DNA from: Eledone cirrhosa
Lineage: Eukaryota
Assembly (NCBI GenBank): GCA_964016885.1
Contig: OZ024740.1
Coordinates: 84,320,001 to 84,384,000, forward strand
DNA: 64,000 bases
Reading direction: 5' to 3'
Positions 56,190-64,000 of the stretch are shown piece by piece (the first letter of the stretch is position 1; each line of letters opens with the position of its first letter). A model generated the notes under the pieces. It had not been told where the DNA came from and searched no databases. It worked only from the letters and a program-made list of their open reading frames with translations. The position numbers and the translations under genes are program-made.

Positions 56190-56725
56190 ACCACCGTCCC
56201 CCACCAACCGATGACCATCCTTCCCCTTGATCTAGCACTCCACCACCATGCCTGTCTCGGGGCGATTCTCTGTCTCTTCTGCTGCCTCAAGTTGGACATT
56301 TCCACTTCCATCAATTTCCCCTCCTTCAAGCGCGCACGCAACCCCTGAAATCTTCTCGCCCAGAGTTCTTTTCCTCTTCCCAACTCCTCCCCCAGATACT
56401 ACTCCTGTTCCCAAACCACTGTCATACATGACATTTTATTACCAAACCCACCATCCTCACTGGTCCCGACGGTCATTCCTTTCCACCTTCCGAACTCCTT
56501 CCGCTGCACCTCCACGAGCATCTTCTACGAGTTCTGATACACAGTATGCGAGGTCATCTACATTAAACAACTGACGGATAGATATGCCGAGCATCTGTGG
56601 GACATCCCGCTCGTCAAAAAGTCTCCGGTCTCACGAACACTCCACCCACCACCTCACCATATTCGACTTTGTTGCCAGCACCGGACACTCAGACTCAAGC
56701 CTCGGAAGAGAACTGCACCTTATCT
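56190..56725 (+). pseudogene. Highly degenerate PLE GIY-YIG region
   Basis: Stitched translation: PLDLALHH...FKRARNP...SFRCTSTSIFY...CEVIYI...LTDRYAEHLWDI...SPVSR. Confidence 0.55.
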
Positions 56726-56727
56726 TC

Positions 56728-57050
56728 TTATTCTTATTCTTCTTCGCCCACTTATTCCTGGAAGGGTCGTGGGGTAAGAGTCCTCAAACACTCCCTCAGC
56801 GGGTCATGTCAGAAGCAACCGTCTCCAACTGATCCGGTTGGATCCCCAAGCGTGACCAGCCAAGTTCACGGATGTTATCCAACCATCTTACTCGGGATCT
56901 ATGCCTGGGTCTCCTGATAGTTGGTTTTCCCTGTAAAATCGGTCCAGCGATTTTTCCTGAGACATTCTAACCACAAGCCCTTAGTATTGGAGCTGTGTTC
57001 TCTCAATTCGGAGGAGTAGTGGCTCTACCTGGAGTGACTCTTATTTTCTC
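56728..57050 (-). mobile_element. Rex3/Expander-like RTE 3' fragment
   Basis: Minus: RSRVRWLDNIRELGWSRLGIQPDQLETVAS...LLPPRP, followed by (GAA)n. Confidence 0.65.
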
Positions 57051-57844
57051 GCTTCAAAAATTTACCGCCTACGGCTAAATACACTGCCCCTTTTTCTCTA
57101 GCAGCTTTGCTCCAAACCCATCTCCCATTCACTGGCACACCAACATACATGCACTATCCCTAGCATCATATGACTAATTTCACCAACACATTTACACACA
57201 TTCACATCAATACACTAACACATAAATACTGAAAGAAATACACACATGAACAAAACTAATTAAGTATACTAACATGACTAATTAATTATACTAACACGAC
57301 CAAAGATACATAGCACACTTTAAATTGACTGATGAATTATACTATTACTACTAATTAATAAAACATGATTCACTGATATAACTATTATGACTTATAATCA
57401 TATTAACGCTACAAAATAATTAAACAAAATATAATTTCTGAAAATTATTAATTAAACTAACACGATCATGCACACACCACCACAATCATCACTACCAGCA
57501 TCATCACCACCACAATCATCATCACCACCACTCCTACCAGCAGTACTAGCACCACCACTACCATAAACAGATATACACTACATTAATTCAACCGCAAACA
57601 ACTTCACAGTGATCCATCAATTTTACATTTTTAGAATTCTGTCACCACACATTACCTTACTCAGTGAGATACACACATTCACCCTAAAACTTACTTCTCC
57701 TATCTGACCATCAGCCATCACACCGGTTTCTGAAGTGACACTCTCTACTACTCAATGGTTCCCATTGAATAATTCGATTACATACATATCTCTCTTCTCA
57801 TTTGGTACGCACACACACACACATACACACACACACACACACAA

Positions 57845-58105
57845 CTTAATCGCATCGGCCATAAACCCTAATACTGCAGTCCATAATGTAGATGACAGGA
57901 AGACAAGAAAATACTGTGGCTTGTCCTGCCACTTCCACTTCGCACTGGTCGCCGTCGAGACGTCAGGCGTCCTCGGACCCCGTACTACTGAGCTCCTCCG
58001 TAAAATCGGTACTTCAGCAGCTCGTCTAAGGATGGAGCCCCGTGAGGTGGGGTGGTTTTTGCAACGAGTGTCGCTGACCATTGTCCACGAAAATGCCTTG
58101 CCAGT
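57845..58105 (+). pseudogene. C-terminal restriction-like endonuclease fragment of a CRE-clade LINE
   Basis: DDRKTRKYCGL..FHFALVAVETSGVLGP....LLRKIG......EPRE..WFLQRVSLTIVHENA. Confidence 0.7.
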
Positions 58106-58827
58106 TAAAGATATACAAATTTTTAGGTCCATTTCTATAGTGCAGCCATATCTGATGAGCATATGAAGCCTTTGGTTATATGTTTCTTCGTGGATTTTGA
58201 AAGTTGTAAACAAAGTATCCGAGCGTTGCTAATTTGTACTACTATCACGTGGATGACGAATCCGGCTATCATCTGAGTCCACCAGGAAGATCAGCCCATC
58301 GCCTTTCTTTAGCCACGAAGGTCAGGTATTTTTTCTGTCTGGTGACCATGGAGAAAGTGGTCATGTGGTGGACCTGCGTGAATTTATTGAGGAAAGGGAA
58401 TTTTCTCTTCAGCAAAGATTAACTTTTTTAAGTTTCACTTGACTAGAGAAATCAGGGTGGAGAGAGATTGTTACTTTCTAACCAATTATTTTCAAACGTC
58501 GATGAAAGTGGTTCGTGTAAAAGAGCGTACTGTGAATATATGCCTGTAGATTGAGGACAACTGGGAGGAGGCATTTGGAATAGCGGTCGGTTTGACCATG
58601 GCTCTTTGTAGACTCTCTTATTGAGGAAACCTTTTTGGTAAATTATCTTGTTTGAGTTTTTCCTATTACCACCTTTCTTAACCCACTTTGACTCGTCCTG
58701 TTCCATCTTGTGTCTTTAATGTTTTCTTGATTTCAGTCTTGTCTGTCTTATAAAGAAACAAGTAATATTATTTTTATTATTGCTATTATTGTTGTTGTTT
58801 TTGCTTTTGTTGGTTTTACGATAGATA

Positions 58828-60611
58828 AGGGCAGTGGATTGACAGAATCGTTTAACAAAGGCCTAGTAGTATATGTTCCGGTTCTTTATGTTTGAAATTC
58901 AAATCCATGTGAGGTCAATTCTGCCTATCCGGGATGGACAAAATAAAATACCAGTCACATACTGGGGTAGATTTAATCGTTTTTCCCCTAACTATGAATC
59001 CATTATTTACTACCTGAACTGTAAGCGTATGACAATTTTAAAATGTGCTAAATACACAGTGGACAGGACCTTAGCCATTATACAAGTTAAATGTATCTCT
59101 GTGGTGTCTTACATTTTAACTATAGTCGTTATGCTTGGTTAAATTACTACTGCGATGTTTTATATTTCAACTCTAGGCGTTATACAAAATAGAATTACTA
59201 GTGTGATTGCTACCTTTCAGTTGAATGTGCATATATAAGATTTTACTAGAACATCATTGACATTTTCTGTTAAAATGTTTCTTTATTCACTCTGTTTCAC
59301 GGGAGGCGTTGTCCACATTCTAATTACAATCTTATCCTATTAGGTTTCTTGTTACCATGATAATTTTTCTCATGATAGCTAATTTTATGTCTGACACAAT
59401 TATTTACATTTCACTAAATTCGTATTTAATAATGGGCGTCATAGAGAAAGAAGCGCACTTATAGTGAGCAGAGACTTTTGTGTTGATTTCAATACCTTGC
59501 CTGAAGATATTTCACTTGAGAAGCGTGCCAAATTTCTTCAACAAAAAATTCAGGAACATTGAACAGAAGGGAATAAGAAATAATCATTGTAACATTCCTC
59601 TGCTATGTATTATTGAATTCCATCGTGAACAATATTAGTTACCCTAGTGGCGTTTAAGTAATTATCAATAGGATGATGAAATTATATATGTCAACTGTAT
59701 TTCACGCCTAGAAAATAATTACTCAGAAAATATTATTTATTATTTCCATCATAATAGTGGTGGGTTGCCTGAATCATTACTGACGCCAAGTTATGCGCCT
59801 TTGTGTTCTGAATTCAAATCCCACCAAGACGAACTTAGCTTTTATCATTTCGTGATCGATAAAATAAAGTACCAGTTGCATACTGTGGTCTATGTAATCC
59901 ACTTTTCCCTCACCATACATTTCTAGTGTTGTTTTTAATTCAGATATAATTATTGCTTTTATATTTATAATGATTGCATAGTAAAATGTTTGAATCGTGA
60001 TATATAATTTTGGCTGTGACACATTTGGAAACTTTACCCATCTGAGGCTTTACAATATAAACGAATTATTTCAGAAAACCTTGCTTCCGTAACCACTGAT
60101 ACAAAATGTATCAAGCAATTTCAAAAAGAGCATTACCAAACCAAGAACAAGACATAAATATTATCGAGGTAATTCAACTCAAATCTATTACACCTGGGTA
60201 AGGGTTACACACACAATGCGTTCTTGATTTTAAAAATATAGATATAGTTTAACATTTATAAAGTAGCTTTACCTGCTCAGTTGTATCAATCAGGTTATAG
60301 AGGTGAGGTGTACTGGATAACTTCATACCAGAAACATCTACGTGGTATCACATGCAATTATAGTTTGTATTTTTACCCAGCAGGAATTCTGATACAAAAT
60401 GAATCTCATTAAACTTGAACCAGAGGTTAAACAGACTTTTATAAATTGCTGTTTAAAAAGCTTTTTTGAAACAAATTTAATTAAAATATCATTGCTTTCT
60501 TTGCGGACATAATTTGCAAAGGCAATATGTGCTCTGTGTGAGTACTACTTGAATTCAGATTTTAATCATTTTCTCTCCATCACTCTATTTCTATCTCCCT
60601 TCCTCTGAGAC

Positions 60612-60648
<37 letters not shown>

Positions 60649-61400
60649 ACAAACAGTAATGGACATAACACACTCAATAGTAGATTTAGAGTAATACTGA
60701 ATCAAATAAGGTATAATGTTTCATGTAGTTTTGTATTTTTCGAAATCTCAGAGATAACACTGAAATGGTGTTGATAAAGCACTGCTGCTCATGTGGAAAA
60801 TATTGAGTTATAACACAATGGATGAAGTATGCAGAGAGATTAAAATTCCTTCATTGTTTTAAGATTCTATTTAAGGTGGTGAATTTGACAGAGCCGTTGG
60901 GTGTCTGATTAAAAATGACACGGTATTTGTTCCAGCTCGATTCACTCTACGTTCAAATGCCGCAAAGGTCAACTTGGCCTTTCATCCTTTCAATATCCAT
61001 AAATAACTACATGTTCGGAGTTCAAATCTCACCGATGTCACCTTTGTTTTTTTTATCCTTACGGAATCGATAAATTTAAGTACCAGTCAATTACTGGGTC
61101 AATATAATCGAATTTACCCTTTTCCCCCACATTGCAAGCCTTTTGCCTAAACTAGAAGTCATTATTACGAGTCTACTTGAAGAGGCAGGGTGGTATTATC
61201 GTTAGAGCGTCAAAGAGTGTTTTTCTTTAATTTAGTTACAACTCGTTACGTTCTGAGTTCAGATACCATCGAGATCAACTTTGACTTTCAACCTTCCATG
61301 GTCAATAAAATAATGTAGCGATCAAGGACTGGGCTCGAAAATCAACTTTCACCACTTCAACAGCTTGTTGGTCTTATGCTTAAAATAGAAATCATTATTG
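58828..61400 (+). mobile_element. Cluster of old diverged SINE family A copies (~58828-58990, 59755-59912, 60873-61165, 61185-61400)
   Basis: Recurrent TTCAAAT...GTCAAC/TTTGCCTTTCATCC...GATAAAATAAAGTACCAG motifs, separated by unique DNA. Confidence 0.55.
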
Positions 61401-61834
61401 CGAATCTATATATCAAATATGTTAACCCTAACCTTTTGCAAACAGATATTTCTAGACTAATATACACATATGCACGGACACAAAAACAAAAATACACAAA
61501 CAAATACACAAATACACAAACAAATACACAAATACACGCAATACATCCAGAGCTATAAAAATATTTTGTTGTTGAAAGTATGTGATAAACGCCCAGGGTG
61601 GTTAAAATAAGAGAATGTTCAGGAAAAGATGAAGTCAATAAGTGAATAATATAAGTGTAAAATAAGGGTGATAAAGATCTATAGTGTTTAAAGTAAGAGA
61701 GTGTTCAAGGCGTAATATAAGATAAGTGTTGGTCTAATACTTTCCCATACCACCATAGGCTATAACTTAGATAGATTAAGGAAAGACTTAATAAAAAACC
61801 TTCGCTAGTTTTAATCTTAAAATCACTATTGACA

Positions 61835-62800
61835 CTAACTTTTCCAATGTTAATTTTCTAGATATAAACCTAGATCTGCCTACTGCTTCTTATAAACCGT
61901 ACCATAAACCTAATGAAAATTTAAAATATATAAACAAAGGTTCTTGCCATGCTCCTATAGTTTTTAAAAACCTTATCCCTAATATTAGCCGTAGGATCTC
62001 CACCCTCTCTTCCTCAGAAAGCTATTTTCAATAAGGCATCCTCCTACTATAATAAAGCCCTTCAAAATAGCGGATTTAGCGAACCGATAAAGTACGTATC
62101 CAACAATACTAACTCCTTTAAACATAATAATAGGAAAAGAAAAATAATCTGGTTCACACCCCCCTACTCTTTAGCAGTTAAAACTAATGTAGGCAAAAAA
62201 TTCCTAGAGCTCTTAGATAAACATTTCCCTAGAACACATAGATACTATAAGATCTTCAATAGAAACTGTGTCAAAATTAGCTACTTCTGCGGTCCCCCTA
62301 TTAAATCATATATCATCAATAAGAAAACACCCAGAGAACATCAAAATTGCTCCTGTAGAGTCAAAAGTGAATGCCCATTACAAGGTAAATGCAACAACAC
62401 CAAAGCCATTGTATATGCGGCTAAAGTTACAACCATCAGCAACAACCTACCAGCCACCAGCGAACGATATGTGGGTATGACACAAGACAAATTCAAAACT
62501 CGTTATTACTCACATGTCGCATCTTTCCGACATCCAGAAAAAAGATTTACAACAGCTCTGGCTAGCAGAATATGGGATTTGAAAGACCAAGGTATCCAAT
62601 ATAAATTGGATTGGTCAATTTTGAACAAATCTAAAGAATATGCAAGAGGAACAAGGAGATGCACACTCTGCATAAGTGAAAAAAAATTGGATTTTACAGA
62701 ACCTTAAATCAAAACAGAAATTTTCACCAGTTGCCCACACATGAAATCACACTTGCTTTCCAGCTCATATAAACTCAACTCACTTTCAGATACTTATCCT
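61835..62800 (+). pseudogene. Penelope-like element RT C-terminus + GIY-YIG, frameshifted, with 3' UTR-like sequence running toward the window end
   Basis: FLDINLDL..ASYKPYHKPN...SCHAP...RRISTLSS...KRKIIWFTPPYS..VKTNVGKKFL...AIVYAAKV...YVGMTQDKFKTRY..H..SF...CTLCISEK. Same subgroup as 21344-22060. Confidence 0.85.
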
Positions 62801-63321
62801 CCATAAACTCTTGTTCTTCACTTTCCTTAAATTATCCTCTTTACAGACTTCTCTTTCTGATTTACTTTCATTTTTAACTTTATTTATTTATTTTTTATTT
62901 TTACTTCACATCCACCAGTGAAACCCCCCCCCCTACTTTTTGATTCACTTACCTAATATCTTCACATTCCACATTTTACTTCCCCATTTTCTTTCACTAC
63001 CTGATAAGACTAGTCACTTGCGTTTTCCACTCCAGATATATTCTGTTGTTTCGCAGCCGATTTTATATTTGTACTCATTTATTCATACGGCTGGTTTATA
63101 ATTTTTATCTATGCGTGTGAGTGTGCATGTGTGTATATACGTTCTTTATATGTATACGAACGCCTCCGTATGTGTGCGTGCGTACGTATATATATGTGTG
63201 CGTATGTGTGTTTTTATATCTATGTTTTTTACATACTTATTTATACGTGTGTGTGTATGTGGGTGAATGTATGTGTATATGTATGTATATATATGTGTAT
63301 GTATATGTATGTATGGATGTG

Positions 63322-63364
<43 letters not shown>

Positions 63365-64000
63365 GCGTACGTACGTGTGATTAGATATACATGGGGCAAT
63401 ATATATGTATACGTGCCTCGTGTGTACGCATGCATGCGCTTTTGTCTGTACGTATTTATATCTATATATATTTATATATATATATATATATATATGCGTA
63501 TACGTGCGTACGTATGTTTGTTTTCTTTTTTCTAGTGTTAATTGATAACCCCTCCCTCTTACTTTCTCTTTGATTTTTAAAAAAAAATGTTTTTTTTTCA
63601 TTCTCATATATTTTTTCATTTTTATACATATATCGAGAATGACACTTCTTTTTACTACTACACTCCCTTCCCTCTTTATCTTCCGCATATAAGCGATCGC
63701 GCGCGTGTGTGTGTGTTTATACGCGTGCTTTCATACTCGTATGTGTATATATTATTTAATACCTGTATCTGGATGTGTGTTAACTATATCTTACAATTTC
63801 TTTTTCAACTCATATTATATACGTATTTGTGGTCACACATACACAAATATATTTGCCCTCGTATATGTACTTACGCACACATTTTCACCATACACATGCA
63901 TTTGTACATACACACATATGTACATTTGTGAGTGTATATACATACATATACACATACCCTAACTACATTTCCTTTTTTTTATATATCTCTTGTAAGTACT

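Noticed and set aside
58452-58706. 84-aa minus-strand ORF as a host exon
   Set aside because: No recognisable motif or convincing splice context.

Overview
AT-rich animal genomic DNA, probably Octopus or another cephalopod. This is inferred only from the (TA)n/(CA)n load and the SINE, RTE and Penelope repertoire. No host gene can be called with confidence. The window is a dense nest of mobile DNA: two RTE-clade LINEs (one intact except for a single TGA), R4/Dong-, CRE- and Rex3-like LINE fragments, several Penelope-like element (PLE) relics, non-autonomous Helitrons, a non-autonomous LTR element with PBS, PPT and TSD, and tRNA-derived SINEs. The main discovery is RNA-structural. The 7.9-kb 'satellite' at 37841-45733 consists of 16 near-identical ~492-bp units, and each carries a minimal type I hammerhead ribozyme, as in a retrozyme. 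Eight units face one way and eight the other around a microhomology junction, and the array sits in a (TA)n tract. Related smaller copies at 1.1-2.9 kb share its end points and show changes that preserve stem pairing. About nine further hammerhead or hammerhead-like motifs, several with non-canonical cores, lie in (TA)n-inserted fold-back elements and PLE ends. All folds were read by eye and no computation was run.
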